64,000 nucleotides of DNA from Tagaea sp. (GCA_965279525.1 CBDIIB010000004.1:928001-992000); one strand, 5' to 3'. Shown: positions 1-10,335, numbered from the stretch's first letter. Program-made: numbers and translations. Notes: generated from the sequence alone by a model not told the origin.

Positions 1-2
1 CC

Positions 3-908
3 CTCGAGCCGCTTGACGCGATGCTCACCGGCTGGGCCGGAACCGGAGACATCCCCGACACCGTGTGGAACCTTCACAAGGCAGGCGACGGAAAGAGCTA
101 CTACCTGCCGCTCCAGTATGTCGTGCTCTATCTCTATTACCGTGCCGACCTATTCCAACAGGCGGGTGTCCAGCCACCAAAGACCTTTCCCGAGTTCCTT
201 GCCGCCGCCAAGGCAACGACGAAGGGCGACATCGCCGGCTTCGGCATGCGCGGCGGCGGCGGCGGTCATGATCATTGGGGCACTTTCGTGCTCGGTGGCG
301 GCGCCTCGTTCGACAAGGGCGGCATGGTTAGCCCGAAAGCACTCGCCGCCAACCGCTGGTTCGTGGGCCTAGGCCGCGAGCACAAGGTCTTTCCGGCGTC
401 GGCGCCTGGCGACGGCTTCCGCCAGATCGTCGACAACTTCAAGGCCGGCCGCACGGCAATGACGATCCACCATATCGGTTCGGCCAACGAGATGGTCCAA
501 GCGCTTGGCGACAAGGTCTCGGCTGTACCCGTACCGCGGGGACCGGACGGCAAGGGCTGGACTTCGTTCGGCGACGAGTCGAACGCCGTCTTCGCGGCGA
601 GCCGCAACAAGGCGGCGGCTTTCAGGTGGATATCCTTCCTGTCCACGGGTGCCAACAATGTCGAGTTCAACAGGTTCACCGGCCAGCTGACGGTCACGAA
701 GTCGGGAGCGGCGAACTGGACGCTGCATCCCAAACGCTTCGTCGACGCCACGTTCGACTCGGTACCGTTCGCGGCAGCACTGCCGAACGTCACCGCAACG
801 GCCGATTTCGTTCGCACGGTGTGGCCGACGAACATGCAGCGCGCGCTTCTTGGCCAGATCGAACCGGACGAGATGATGCGGAATATCGAAAAGCACTATC
901 ACGGCTGA
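3..908 (+). CDS. Carbohydrate ABC transporter substrate-binding protein (5'-truncated by window edge)
   Basis: Frame open from position 3 through ORF 21..908; LYYRADLF and FKAGRTAM segments typical of sugar SBPs; followed by two permeases. Confidence 0.85.
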   Translation, partial: LEPLDAMLTGWAGTGDIPDTVWNLHKAGDGKSYYLPLQYVVLYLYYRADLFQQAGVQPPKTFPEFLAAAKATTKGDIAGFGMRGGGGGHDHWGTFVLGGGASFDKGGMVSPKALAANRWFVGLGREHKVFPASAPGDGFRQIVDNFKAGRTAMTIHHIGSANEMVQALGDKVSAVPVPRGPDGKGWTSFGDESNAVFAASRNKAAAFRWISFLSTGANNVEFNRFTGQLTVTKSGAANWTLHPKRFVDATFDSVPFAAALPNVTATADFVRTVWPTNMQRALLGQIEPDEMMRNIEKHYHG

Positions 909-920
909 GAAATGCGTCCG

Positions 921-944
921 GCCCGGCGGAGCGATCCGCCGGGC
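921..944 (+). terminator. Intercistronic stem-loop after SBP gene
   Basis: GCCCGGCGGA-GCGA-TCCGCCGGGC: perfect 10-bp stem with GNRA loop, no U-tract. Confidence 0.6.
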
Positions 945-957
945 TAGACACGCTGCC

Positions 958-1833
958 ATGATCGTCAAGCCCTCGACACCCTATCTTTTTCTCGCCCCGG
1001 CGCTGATCGCGACGGCAGCGATCGTCCTGTATCCGGTCGCCTCGACCGTTTGGATGAGTCTCCAAGACTATGTCCTGTTCCGTCCGCATGACATCCGCTT
1101 TGTTGGCTTCGGAAACTTCGCGCGCCTCGCTGCCGACGAGGTGTTCTGGATCTCGCTCTGGAACTCGTTCGTCTGGGTCGGATTGGCGGTCGGGCTCCAG
1201 TTCGCCCTTGGCCTTGGTGCAGCCCTGCTTCTCAACGAAAGCTTCTACTGGCGCAGTCTCGCACGCGCCGCGATCGTGATCCCGTGGGCTTTGCCGTCGG
1301 TGATCATCGGGCTCATGTTCACATGGGTCTACGACTACAACCTCGGCGTCCTGAACGACCTGCTGCTGCGCCTTGGACTGATCGACGGGCCGGTGGCATG
1401 GCTGGCACGCCCCGACAGCGCACTGCTCGCCGTGGTTGCCGCCCTCGTCTGGCAGGGCTTTCCGTTCTTCGCTGTCGTGATCCTCGCAGGACTCCAGGCG
1501 ATCCCGGCCGACCTGCACGAGGCAGCGGAAATCGACGGTGCCACGCGCCTGCAGCGATTCCGCCACGTTGTGTGGCCTGGCCTTGCAGGCGTGATCCTGA
1601 CGGCCCTGCTGCTGCGCACGATCTGGGTCGCCAACTCGCTAGATGTCATTCTCGTGATGACTGGTGGCGGGCCGGGCTATGCCACGCACACGCTCCCGCT
1701 CTACGCTTTCCTGCGCGCCTACAGCGGAATGGAGTTCGGCTACGGCTCGGCGCTCGCCGTCGTGCTCACGCTATTCCTGATGGCGGTCGCCGCGGTCTAT
1801 GTCAGGCGGACAATGCGCGAGGCGTTCAGATGA
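958..1833 (+). CDS. Carbohydrate ABC permease (MalF-like)
   Basis: Hydrophobic; EAA loop LHEAAEIDGA. Confidence 0.92.
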   Translation: MIVKPSTPYLFLAPALIATAAIVLYPVASTVWMSLQDYVLFRPHDIRFVGFGNFARLAADEVFWISLWNSFVWVGLAVGLQFALGLGAALLLNESFYWRSLARAAIVIPWALPSVIIGLMFTWVYDYNLGVLNDLLLRLGLIDGPVAWLARPDSALLAVVAALVWQGFPFFAVVILAGLQAIPADLHEAAEIDGATRLQRFRHVVWPGLAGVILTALLLRTIWVANSLDVILVMTGGGPGYATHTLPLYAFLRAYSGMEFGYGSALAVVLTLFLMAVAAVYVRRTMREAFR

Positions 1834-2666
1834 TCGATCGCCGTTCGTCACTTCGCCGCTTCGCCGAAGTCGAGATCCCCGCTCTCCTCCTCGTGGTGCT
1901 TGCACTCGCCCCCTATGCGTGGATGGTGTTGACCTCGATCAAGCCGACGATCGAGATCGCGAAGTTCCCCGTCGTATACTGGCCGGACGTACCCACACTG
2001 TCGCACTATGCCGACCTTTTCGCGCGCACGACTTTCCCGCAGAATCTCGCTGACAGCCTCATCGTCGCGGTATCCGCCTGTGCACTCGGCCTCGCTATCA
2101 GCGTGCCCGCGGCATATGCCTTCTCGCGCTTCGGATTCGCCGGTCGGCGCTTCCTGATGACGCAGTTCCTGACCATCAACATGTTCCCGATCGTGCTGAT
2201 GATCATTCCGCTGTTCGTCGCGTTCCGCTCGTTCGGCCTGCTCGATACGGTCCTCGGCGTCGTGCTCGGCCACGCCACATTCGCCATCCCGTTCGCGATC
2301 TGGATGCTGACAAGCTATCTGAACGGTATTCCACGCGAACTGGATGAGGCAGCAATGGTCGACGGGGCAAGCCGCCTCGTGACGATCCGGCTGATCCTGC
2401 TACCGCTCGCAGCTCCCGGCATCGTATCGACAGGAATCTACATCTTCGTCGCGTCCTGGAACGAGTATCTGTTCGCGATGATGCTGTCGGGGCAGAACGT
2501 GCGCACCGTGACGGTGGCACTCCAGCTTTTCATCGGCGAGTACACAATCCAGTGGGGTTTGCTGACCGCGGGCGGCACGCTTGTCGCCCTACCCGTCACG
2601 ATCCTCTTTCTATTCGTCCAACGGCATCTTGTTGGCGGTCTGACGGCAGGAGCCGTGAAAGCATGA
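1830..2666 (+). CDS. Carbohydrate ABC permease (MalG-like)
   Basis: ATG at 1830 overlaps upstream stop (ATGA); LDEAAMVDGA; C-terminal GLTAGAVK. Confidence 0.92.
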   Translation: MIDRRSSLRRFAEVEIPALLLVVLALAPYAWMVLTSIKPTIEIAKFPVVYWPDVPTLSHYADLFARTTFPQNLADSLIVAVSACALGLAISVPAAYAFSRFGFAGRRFLMTQFLTINMFPIVLMIIPLFVAFRSFGLLDTVLGVVLGHATFAIPFAIWMLTSYLNGIPRELDEAAMVDGASRLVTIRLILLPLAAPGIVSTGIYIFVASWNEYLFAMMLSGQNVRTVTVALQLFIGEYTIQWGLLTAGGTLVALPVTILFLFVQRHLVGGLTAGAVKA

Positions 2667-3550
2667 GCAAGAATCCCATCGGCATAATCTCGATGTTCTA
2701 CGCGCGGCCGTTCGAGAAGTCACATTTCGGATGCTTTGCGCGTGCGCGCGAGGCCGGCATGAAGTTCGTCGAACTTCTCGTCCCTGAACCGGGTGAACTG
2801 GACCCGGTCGATACGAAAACGGCCCTCAAGGAGGCAGGTCTCGATGTCGTGTTCGCCGCGCGCGTCAACCTGCAGCGCGACCTCGCAAGCCCCGACGAGG
2901 CGGCGCGCAAGGCCGGGCTCGACTATCTTCTCGGCTGCGTGGAAACGGCGAAAGCCTTCGGAGCGAAAATCGTCGGCGGTCCGCTCTACGGCGCCCCGCT
3001 CGTCTTCGCGGGCCGCCCGCCCGCACCGGTCGATGCGGCCGCGCGCGAGCGGCGCATCAGCTGGGTCGTCGACGGGCTGGCGAAGGCCGCCAGGCGCGCG
3101 GCCGACAACGGCATCGTCTTCGGCCTCGAACCGCTCAACCGCTTCGAGACCGACATCGCGAACACGACGGAGCATGCGCTCGCTCTCGTCGACGCGGTCG
3201 GTTCGCCTGCCCTTGGCGCCATGCTCGACACGTTCCACATGAACATGGAGGACCGCGACATCGCCGCCGCGATCCGCAAGGCCGGCAAGCGAATGGTCCA
3301 TTTCCAGGCGAACGAGAACCATCGCGGCTTCGTCGGCGACGGGCATATCGACTGGCCGGCGGTCGCGCGCGCCATCGTCGCCGTTGGCTATGACGGCCCG
3401 ATCACGCTGGAACCGTTCCGGCGCGACGACGTGGCGCCGGGTGTCTGCGTGGCGCAGTGGCGCGCCCCGCACCGCAACGAAGACAAGGAGCTGGCCGCGA
3501 GCCGCGCATTCCTCGAAGCGGCCCTCGACTCCGCGCGGAGGTCGGCATGA
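2663..3550 (+). CDS. Sugar-phosphate isomerase/epimerase, D-tagatose/D-psicose 3-epimerase-like
   Basis: ATGA-coupled start; EPLNRFE, LDTFHMN, HFQANENHRG and LEPF metal/catalytic motifs. Confidence 0.85.
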   Translation: MSKNPIGIISMFYARPFEKSHFGCFARAREAGMKFVELLVPEPGELDPVDTKTALKEAGLDVVFAARVNLQRDLASPDEAARKAGLDYLLGCVETAKAFGAKIVGGPLYGAPLVFAGRPPAPVDAAARERRISWVVDGLAKAARRAADNGIVFGLEPLNRFETDIANTTEHALALVDAVGSPALGAMLDTFHMNMEDRDIAAAIRKAGKRMVHFQANENHRGFVGDGHIDWPAVARAIVAVGYDGPITLEPFRRDDVAPGVCVAQWRAPHRNEDKELAASRAFLEAALDSARRSA

Positions 3551-4563
3551 AGATCGGCTGGATCGGCTGCGGCACGCATGCCGGCGAGATGCTGCTGCCG
3601 CAACTCGCACGCCTCGGCGTGAAGATCGCCGCCCTTGCCGATGTCGATGCCGGGCGGCTGGCGACCATCGCCGGTCGGCATGGCGTCGCCGCCGCCGATT
3701 GCCATGCGGACGCACTTGCCCTGATCGCGCGCACGGACATCGACGCGGTCGGCATGGCGATCGGTCCGAAGGCGCATCTGGAACTTGGCACGGCCGCACT
3801 CGAACGCGGACTGCCGGTGTTCATGGAGAAGCCGCCGGGGGCGAACGCCGCCGACGCGCGTCGTCTGGAAGCTGCGTCGCGCAAGTCGGGCAAGCCGCTC
3901 GTGCTGGGCTTCATGAAGCGCTATTCGACGGCCAACCGCATCGCGCTCAACATCGTGCGCGGCGGCGAATTCGGCGCGCCCGCGAGTTTCCTCGGCGAGT
4001 ACATGACCGCCCCCACCTATTTCAAGGGCGACCCGGACTATACGGGCTTCTACCTGCACCATTGCGTGCACTACATGGACCTCGTGCCGCGCCTGATGGG
4101 GAGGCCGATCGAGCTCCACGCCCGCCGGCACGAACTTGCCCCCGGCAAGCTACTGCTGCATGTCGATTTCCGCTTCGCCGGCGGCGGGCTCGCCACGCTG
4201 GTGATGGGTACCAACCAGTCGCGCGCCACGCCGATGGAATGGTGGCAGGTGATGGGCGACCACCGCCGCGTGGAAGTGCGCAACGTGCATGAGGTGCGCT
4301 ATTTCCGCGCGCCAAAATTCAAGGTCGATGATCTTGCCGCTACGCTTTCCGACGATGTCGACACACTGGTCTGGGAACCGAACCTGACCGTGGCCGCCAA
4401 CGAGGATCACAAGGGCTATCACGCCCTGCTGGGTGACTTTGTCGCGCGTGTGGAAGGTCGCCCCAGCACCGCGCCCGAGATCGGCGATGGCGTCGCCGCC
4501 ATGGCCGTTCTCGACGCGATGATCGCCTCGGCCGATACCGGCCGGGCGATCAGGCTGGACTGA
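3547..4563 (+). CDS. Gfo/Idh/MocA family oxidoreductase
   Basis: MKIGWIGCG Rossmann start, MEKP motif; ATGA overlap. Confidence 0.88.
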   Translation: MKIGWIGCGTHAGEMLLPQLARLGVKIAALADVDAGRLATIAGRHGVAAADCHADALALIARTDIDAVGMAIGPKAHLELGTAALERGLPVFMEKPPGANAADARRLEAASRKSGKPLVLGFMKRYSTANRIALNIVRGGEFGAPASFLGEYMTAPTYFKGDPDYTGFYLHHCVHYMDLVPRLMGRPIELHARRHELAPGKLLLHVDFRFAGGGLATLVMGTNQSRATPMEWWQVMGDHRRVEVRNVHEVRYFRAPKFKVDDLAATLSDDVDTLVWEPNLTVAANEDHKGYHALLGDFVARVEGRPSTAPEIGDGVAAMAVLDAMIASADTGRAIRLD

Positions 4564-4566
4564 AGC

Positions 4567-6015
4567 CTACTTCGCGAAGCTGTAGGCGGTCTTGACGGTC
4601 GTATAGAACTCCTTGGCGTACGCACCCTGCTCGCGCGGGCCGTAGCTGGAGCCTTTCCGGCCGCCGAACGGGACGTGATAGTCCACGCCCGCCGTCGGCA
4701 GGTTGACCATCACCATGCCGGCCTCGCTGTTGCGCTTGAAGTGCGTGGCGTGCTTCAAGCTCGACGTGCAGATGCCTGCCGACAGGCCGAACTCAGTGTC
4801 GTTCGCCACCGCCAGCGCCTCGTCGTAATCCTTGACGCGGATCACGTTGGCAACCGGTCCGAAGACCTCTTCGCGCGAGATGCGCATCGCATTCGTCGTC
4901 TCCGAGAACAGCGCCGGCTGGAGATAGAAGCCCGGCGTCGAGCGGTTGAGGAGCTCGCCACCCCAGACGAGCTTGGCGCCCTCGGACTGCGCGATCTTGA
5001 TGTACTCAAGGTCAGTGTCGAGCTGCGACTTGTCGACGACGGGGCCGATATGGGTGCCTGCCTTCAGCGCATCATCAACAACCAGGCCCTTCAGGCGCTC
5101 GACCGTCGCGGCGACAAACTTGTCATGAATGCCGGCCTGGACGATCAGGCGTGAAGACGCCGTGCAGCGCTGTCCCGTGGAGAAGTAGGCACCATTGACG
5201 GCACATTCGACGGCAGTCGCGAGGTCGGCATCGTCGAGCACGACGAGCGGGTTCTTGCCACCCATCTCGAGCTGTACCTTCTTCATCGGGTTCGACGCGA
5301 TGCACGCTGCCGCCACCTTGCGGCCCGTACCCACAGAACCGGTGAAGCTGATTGCCGCGATGTCCTTGTGCTCGAGCAGCGCCTGGCCGACGACGGAACC
5401 GCGACCCATGACGAGATTGAGCACGCCCTTGGGCAGGCCGGCACGGTTGAGGATGTCGACCAGCGCCCAGGCGCAGGCCGGCGTCAGATCGGCGGGCTTC
5501 ATGACGACGCAGTTGCCGTAGGCAAGCGCCGGGGCGGCCTTCCAGGCCGGGATCGCGATGGGAAAGTTCCAAGGCGTGATCAAGCCGACGACGCCGATAG
5601 GCTCGCGCGTCACTTCCACGCCCACGCCAGGACGGATCGACGGGATCGCTTCGCCGCCGAGGCGCACGCACTCGCCAGCGAAGAAGGCCAGAATCTGACC
5701 CGCACGCGTGGCTTCGCCAATGCCCTCGGGCAACGTCTTGCCTTCTTCACGCGACAGGAGCTTGCCCAGTTCTTCGCGCCGGGCGAGCACCTCGTCCGAT
5801 GCCTTTTTCAGGATCTCGTAGCGCTCCTGACCCGTCGTGCGGCTCCAGGCCGGAAAGGCGGCCTTTGCAGCGGCGACGGCCGCATTGAGGTCGGCGACAG
5901 TGCCTTGCGCGTAGTCGTTCACGACGTCGTTCGTGTTCGACGGATTGATGTCCTTGGAGGCGTTACCGCCAGCCGTCCATTCGCCGCCAATCAGGTTCTT
6001 GAGCATCTCGGTCAT
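4567..6015 (-). CDS. Aldehyde dehydrogenase, probable alpha-ketoglutarate semialdehyde (2,5-dioxovalerate) dehydrogenase
   Basis: PWNFP, FTGS, LEMGGKN, GQRCTA, EEVFGP; specificity inferred from the XylX-like neighbour. Confidence 0.85.
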   Translation of the reverse strand: MTEMLKNLIGGEWTAGGNASKDINPSNTNDVVNDYAQGTVADLNAAVAAAKAAFPAWSRTTGQERYEILKKASDEVLARREELGKLLSREEGKTLPEGIGEATRAGQILAFFAGECVRLGGEAIPSIRPGVGVEVTREPIGVVGLITPWNFPIAIPAWKAAPALAYGNCVVMKPADLTPACAWALVDILNRAGLPKGVLNLVMGRGSVVGQALLEHKDIAAISFTGSVGTGRKVAAACIASNPMKKVQLEMGGKNPLVVLDDADLATAVECAVNGAYFSTGQRCTASSRLIVQAGIHDKFVAATVERLKGLVVDDALKAGTHIGPVVDKSQLDTDLEYIKIAQSEGAKLVWGGELLNRSTPGFYLQPALFSETTNAMRISREEVFGPVANVIRVKDYDEALAVANDTEFGLSAGICTSSLKHATHFKRNSEAGMVMVNLPTAGVDYHVPFGGRKGSSYGPREQGAYAKEFYTTVKTAYSFAK

Positions 6016-6031
6016 AGAAAAGACTCCGTCT

Positions 6032-7210
6032 TTACTGTTTGAGAAGGCCGCGCTTGGCCAGGTTTCGATAAAGATGGCTCACGCCGAACATCCACGGCGG
6101 CGCCTTGTCGGACGTCGCGATCCTGTTCGTGAGCGCGCCGAGCTTGGATGCTGAAATCGTCACGATATCGCCGACCTTGTGCGTGAAGCCCTGCCCGGGC
6201 CCCTCGCGGTCCTGCACGGGTGCGAACATCGTGCCGAGAAAGAGAACAAGTCCATCCGGATACTGGTGGCTGGCGCCGATCGCCTGTCCGGCGATGTCCG
6301 CAGGATCGCGGCTGATCAGCTTGAGCGATGACATGCCCTCCATCCGGAAATTGTCTTCGCCTGCGACAACAAGCTCGACATCCATCCGGCGCACGTCGTC
6401 GAGCGTGAAGCTGCCGTCGAAAAGGCGGACGAACGGGCCGATCGCGCAGCTCGCGTTATTGTCCTTCGCCTTGCCAAGAAGCAGTGCCGACCTGCCTTCG
6501 ACATCGCGCAGGTTGACATCGTTGCCGAGTGTCGCGCCAACGATGCGGCCGGAAGACGCGATCACGAGAACGACTTCGGGCTCAGGATTGTTCCAGCGCG
6601 ACACCGGATGGATGCCGGCGGTTGCCCCCGTGCCGACCGACGACATCGGTTGCGACTTCGTGAAAATCTCGGCGTCCGGACCAATGCCGACTTCCAGATA
6701 CTGGCTCCACGCATTCTTGGCGATCAGCCACTCTTTCAGCTTTGCGGCTTCCGCCGAGCCGGGCTTCAGGCGCTGGAGATCGCCGCCGATCAGGTCGAGC
6801 ACTTCCTTGCGCGCGGCGGCGGCAAGTTCCGGTGCCCCGCGCGTGCGTTCTTCGATGACGCGTTCGAGCATCGAGGCGACGAACGTCACGCCGGCAGCCT
6901 TGACGGCCTGAAGGTCGATGGGGGCAATGAACCAGGGTTTTTTCGGATCGCGCTTCGCCTCGTCGCCGTTGGCGAGGAGAGCCTCCACCGTGCCGATCAA
7001 ATCGCCCTTCGCCTTTGCGAGCGCAGTAGCCGGGTCAGCCTGCTCGCACAGGTCGCGAACGGTCGGAAAGATCGCGGTCACGTCGACGACGTCGCCACCT
7101 CGGATCGCGACGACGCTGGGCCCGTCCGCCTCCGGTCGCCATACCCGCCCGACAAGTGTCGCCGTTGCGGAATCCTTCGGAAGTGTTCCTGAAAAATCGA
7201 TCGGTTTCAT
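6032..7210 (-). CDS. Fumarylacetoacetate hydrolase family protein, XylX-like 2-keto-3-deoxypentonate dehydratase
   Basis: WNNPEPE, GNDVNLRDVEGRSALLLGKAKDN, HQYPDG..LGTMFAP; start taken at MKPIDF. Confidence 0.8.
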   Translation of the reverse strand: MKPIDFSGTLPKDSATATLVGRVWRPEADGPSVVAIRGGDVVDVTAIFPTVRDLCEQADPATALAKAKGDLIGTVEALLANGDEAKRDPKKPWFIAPIDLQAVKAAGVTFVASMLERVIEERTRGAPELAAAARKEVLDLIGGDLQRLKPGSAEAAKLKEWLIAKNAWSQYLEVGIGPDAEIFTKSQPMSSVGTGATAGIHPVSRWNNPEPEVVLVIASSGRIVGATLGNDVNLRDVEGRSALLLGKAKDNNASCAIGPFVRLFDGSFTLDDVRRMDVELVVAGEDNFRMEGMSSLKLISRDPADIAGQAIGASHQYPDGLVLFLGTMFAPVQDREGPGQGFTHKVGDIVTISASKLGALTNRIATSDKAPPWMFGVSHLYRNLAKRGLLKQ

Positions 7211-7341
7211 CCCTCGCGGCCTCACAGTTTTGACAATCCGGTTCCAGGCTGGCGCAGTTGCCCCATACATCGCTTGCGCGCCAATGGCCATCTTCGTGGC
7301 TTTCCCAGCATCGAATATCAGGATTCAAGCTGCATTTCTTC

Positions 7342-7359
7342 GAAAATCGCATGATTTTC
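7342..7359. promoter_or_regulatory. Palindrome GAAAATC-N4-GATTTTC upstream of XylX-like gene, possible operator
   Basis: Perfect 7-bp arms in an AT-richer intergenic region. Confidence 0.4.
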
Positions 7360-7419
7360 AGTTTACTGGCGCATGCCGACGATAGCGGCAATGCGGCCCG
7401 ACCCAAGACGCAACTCCGC

Positions 7420-10335
7420 CTAGCGGAATCGCTCGATCCGGAAGGGTGTGACGTCGAAATCCGGATCGCGGCCGGCGATCAGCGATGCGGTAAGACGTCC
7501 CACGATCGGGCCCAGCGTATAGCCGTTGGAAGTGACGGCATTGTAGAAGCCGGGGACACCCGGGACTTCACCGACTAGCGGTGCACCGTCCAGATTTACA
7601 TTCATCGCCGCCCATCCGCGCAGGATGTTGTAGCCGTCGAGTGCCGGAACGACGCGTCGGGCAACCCAGAGATTTCCCTCAAGCGAGCCGCGCAGCACGC
7701 GCGGCAGGCCCGTGGCCGGTTCGGCCGCCGCCGTCCAGCCCCCACCGATGACAAAGCCGCCGGTGTCGGCCTGCTTGAGGGTCAAATGGCGGTCGGCATG
7801 TGCGACGAGTTGAGTGACGATCTTGGGACCCGGCGTCGTCACGACGATCTGGAGCGGTGCACCCTTGACCGGCACGTCAATGCCGACCATCCGGCCGATC
7901 CGCGGGCTCCACGGTCCGGCAGCGTTGACGATTCGCCGGCATTCGATATCGCCTCGCCCCGTCCGAACGAGAAACCCGCGCGACTTCCGCTCGATGGCGA
8001 TCACATCGGCGCCACTCCGGAATTGAGCACCATGTGCCTTGGCAAGCCGAACGACGGCATAGGTCGCAATCGCCGGATTGATCTTTCCCTCAAGCGGGCA
8101 ATAGGCCGCACCGACCAGTCGCTCGGAAAGCGCCGGAGCCAGAGACCGAAGTTCATTGCGCCCGATGACCTCGCATTCGACTCCATGGCTTCGCTCGAGA
8201 GCGACCTTCGCGGCAAGAAACGCCATATCTCGGTCGGTCTCGGCAACCATCAGGCCGCCAGTCGTCCGTATTTCCAGATCGATACCGGATGCATCGCCTA
8301 TCGAACGCCATAGCTCAATCGCAGCAGGGCCAAGGGCGAGCGTCTTGGCTGCAGGACCGCCGCCGGCCTGCGCCTTGGCCCCGAAGTCGAAAGAGAGAAG
8401 CTGTACATGCAGGCTTCCGGCATTGGCACCCGAGGCCTGAAGATTCGGCTCGTCGCGCTCGACGACGATCGTCTCGATGCCGGCCTGTGCGAGCGCCAAC
8501 GCGCAAGACGATCCGAGGATGCCACCACCGATAACAAGTGCATCTGTCGAGAGGTCCTCGCAATCAGACGCATGTGCAGACTGCGTGCGCTCGGCGATCG
8601 GCAACGGCGCTTCGACCTCCCGGTGCCCGCCCCATTCCGCTTGCTCGAACGCAAGTGCCGACAAGGGAACGGGCTTCGCCGGCACGCGTGGCGCAAACAG
8701 GTCGAATTCCCCCGGCAGACGCCCGGTCTTGGACTGGACAAACCTTGCGAGGGTTGCCGCACAGTTTCGCCCCTGGCAGCGTCCCATGCCGGCACGTGTC
8801 TGGCGCTTGACGGCGCCGAGCGACTGCTCGCCGTCCTCAAGGCATGTGCGGACGGCACCGGCTGTCACCTCCTCGCACCTGCAGACGATCGCGGAATCGG
8901 GGATCGCGGCCACGTCGAAGGGCGGCTGGCCGTAAATCCGCCATAGCACCTGCTGGAACCGGGTCGCCCCAGCAAGCGACCGGCGCGCACTTTCAATCCC
9001 GCCGATCGGCACGGATTTTCCGAGTGCTTCGCATACGGCAGCGCCTGCCAGAATTCCGCGAGCGATGGCAATTCGCGAACCACCGATGTCCGCACCGTCG
9101 CCGATCACATACACGCCGGGGACATTGGTTGCGCCGCAATCGTCTGTCTGTGCGGCAAGATAGCCGACATGCCGATCGACGAAACGGTGAGCCACACCAA
9201 GCTGCCGGGATATCTCGCTTGATGGGACAAATCCATAACCCATTGCGAGAACGTCGCCCGACAGGAGGCTTCCGTCATCAAGCCTTACTGATCCAAACGT
9301 TCCGACTGCATTCGCATCGATGGCCACGACCCGCCGCCCCCAGAGTACGGGAACGCCGGAAGCCTTCAGCCGTCGAAGCATGGAGACCCCGTCTCGCACC
9401 AGATCCGGCGCCGCCGCGAACAGCCGCAAAGCGTCCGGGAAGCTGCCGATTCCAGGTTGGTCCGCGACCTCGACAACCGCCACGACCTCAGCACCCCCCT
9501 CGATCAACTCGACGGCCGTCTGGATGTTGAGGGGACCGTTCCCTGCCACGATCGTCCGCCTCCCCGGCGCCACGCGATAGCTCCGCGCCAGCGTCTGCGC
9601 GGCACCCGTCGTCATGACCCCGGGGATCGTCCATCCGGGAACCGGAACGGGCCGTTCATAGGCTCCCGCGGCGATCACAACCCGTCGGGCGTTAAAGAGC
9701 ACCGCACGTCCATCCACGATTGCCGCTATCTCATCGACCGCGAATGCGCCCCAGACGACCGCGTCAGAGATGATCTCCACGCCAGCCGTTCGGACATCCA
9801 ACTCGAGTTCGGTGCCGGCGAGAAACTGCTTGTCCGCTCCGCCTTCAGCGAATGCATGCGACGGGCCCAGTGGCTTGAAATACTGCCCGCCCGGATGCGG
9901 GCGCTCGTCGAGCAGGATGACCGAAAGCCCGGCCTTGGCGGCGACCAGGGCGGCATTGAGGCCGGCGGGCCCTGCCCCGACGACGAGCAGATCGACCGCC
10001 CGTGCTTCCGGTGCCTCCGACGGCGGTGGGACAAGCGACTGCGGGTCGGCTGGGGCGTTCGACGATACCTTCATGCCGTCGACGACCTTGACGAGACAGG
10101 CACGCTGCTCCGGCCGGCCATCGACCGTCACGACACATTCGAAGCATGCCCCCATGCCGCACCACAGGCCGCGCGGCGCGCCCGATCTGGCGCTGCGCAG
10201 CGTCAGGATGCCGGCTGCAGTCAACGCTGCTGCGACGGTCTCTCCTTCGATCGCCGGTAAATCACGTTCGTCAAAGCGGAACGCAATGTCACGACCGACG
10301 GGCCGGACCCGTCGACTTGCAAGGCGAAGCTTCAA
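7420..10335 (-). CDS. Fused [2Fe-2S] + FAD/NAD(P) oxidoreductase + BFD-like Fe-S + DAO-family flavoprotein (HcnABC / opine or D-hydroxyproline dehydrogenase-like)
   Basis: CGMGACFEC..RAC; VGAGPAG; CRCEEV..GMGRCQGRNC; second IGGGILG and ASGANAG; 971 aa uninterrupted. Confidence 0.85.
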   Translation of the reverse strand: MKLRLASRRVRPVGRDIAFRFDERDLPAIEGETVAAALTAAGILTLRSARSGAPRGLWCGMGACFECVVTVDGRPEQRACLVKVVDGMKVSSNAPADPQSLVPPPSEAPEARAVDLLVVGAGPAGLNAALVAAKAGLSVILLDERPHPGGQYFKPLGPSHAFAEGGADKQFLAGTELELDVRTAGVEIISDAVVWGAFAVDEIAAIVDGRAVLFNARRVVIAAGAYERPVPVPGWTIPGVMTTGAAQTLARSYRVAPGRRTIVAGNGPLNIQTAVELIEGGAEVVAVVEVADQPGIGSFPDALRLFAAAPDLVRDGVSMLRRLKASGVPVLWGRRVVAIDANAVGTFGSVRLDDGSLLSGDVLAMGYGFVPSSEISRQLGVAHRFVDRHVGYLAAQTDDCGATNVPGVYVIGDGADIGGSRIAIARGILAGAAVCEALGKSVPIGGIESARRSLAGATRFQQVLWRIYGQPPFDVAAIPDSAIVCRCEEVTAGAVRTCLEDGEQSLGAVKRQTRAGMGRCQGRNCAATLARFVQSKTGRLPGEFDLFAPRVPAKPVPLSALAFEQAEWGGHREVEAPLPIAERTQSAHASDCEDLSTDALVIGGGILGSSCALALAQAGIETIVVERDEPNLQASGANAGSLHVQLLSFDFGAKAQAGGGPAAKTLALGPAAIELWRSIGDASGIDLEIRTTGGLMVAETDRDMAFLAAKVALERSHGVECEVIGRNELRSLAPALSERLVGAAYCPLEGKINPAIATYAVVRLAKAHGAQFRSGADVIAIERKSRGFLVRTGRGDIECRRIVNAAGPWSPRIGRMVGIDVPVKGAPLQIVVTTPGPKIVTQLVAHADRHLTLKQADTGGFVIGGGWTAAAEPATGLPRVLRGSLEGNLWVARRVVPALDGYNILRGWAAMNVNLDGAPLVGEVPGVPGFYNAVTSNGYTLGPIVGRLTASLIAGRDPDFDVTPFRIERFR

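Noticed and set aside
7420-10335. Hydrogen cyanide synthase
   Set aside because: The architecture is shared with many catabolic amine dehydrogenases; context is uptake and catabolism; nothing indicates glycine specificity
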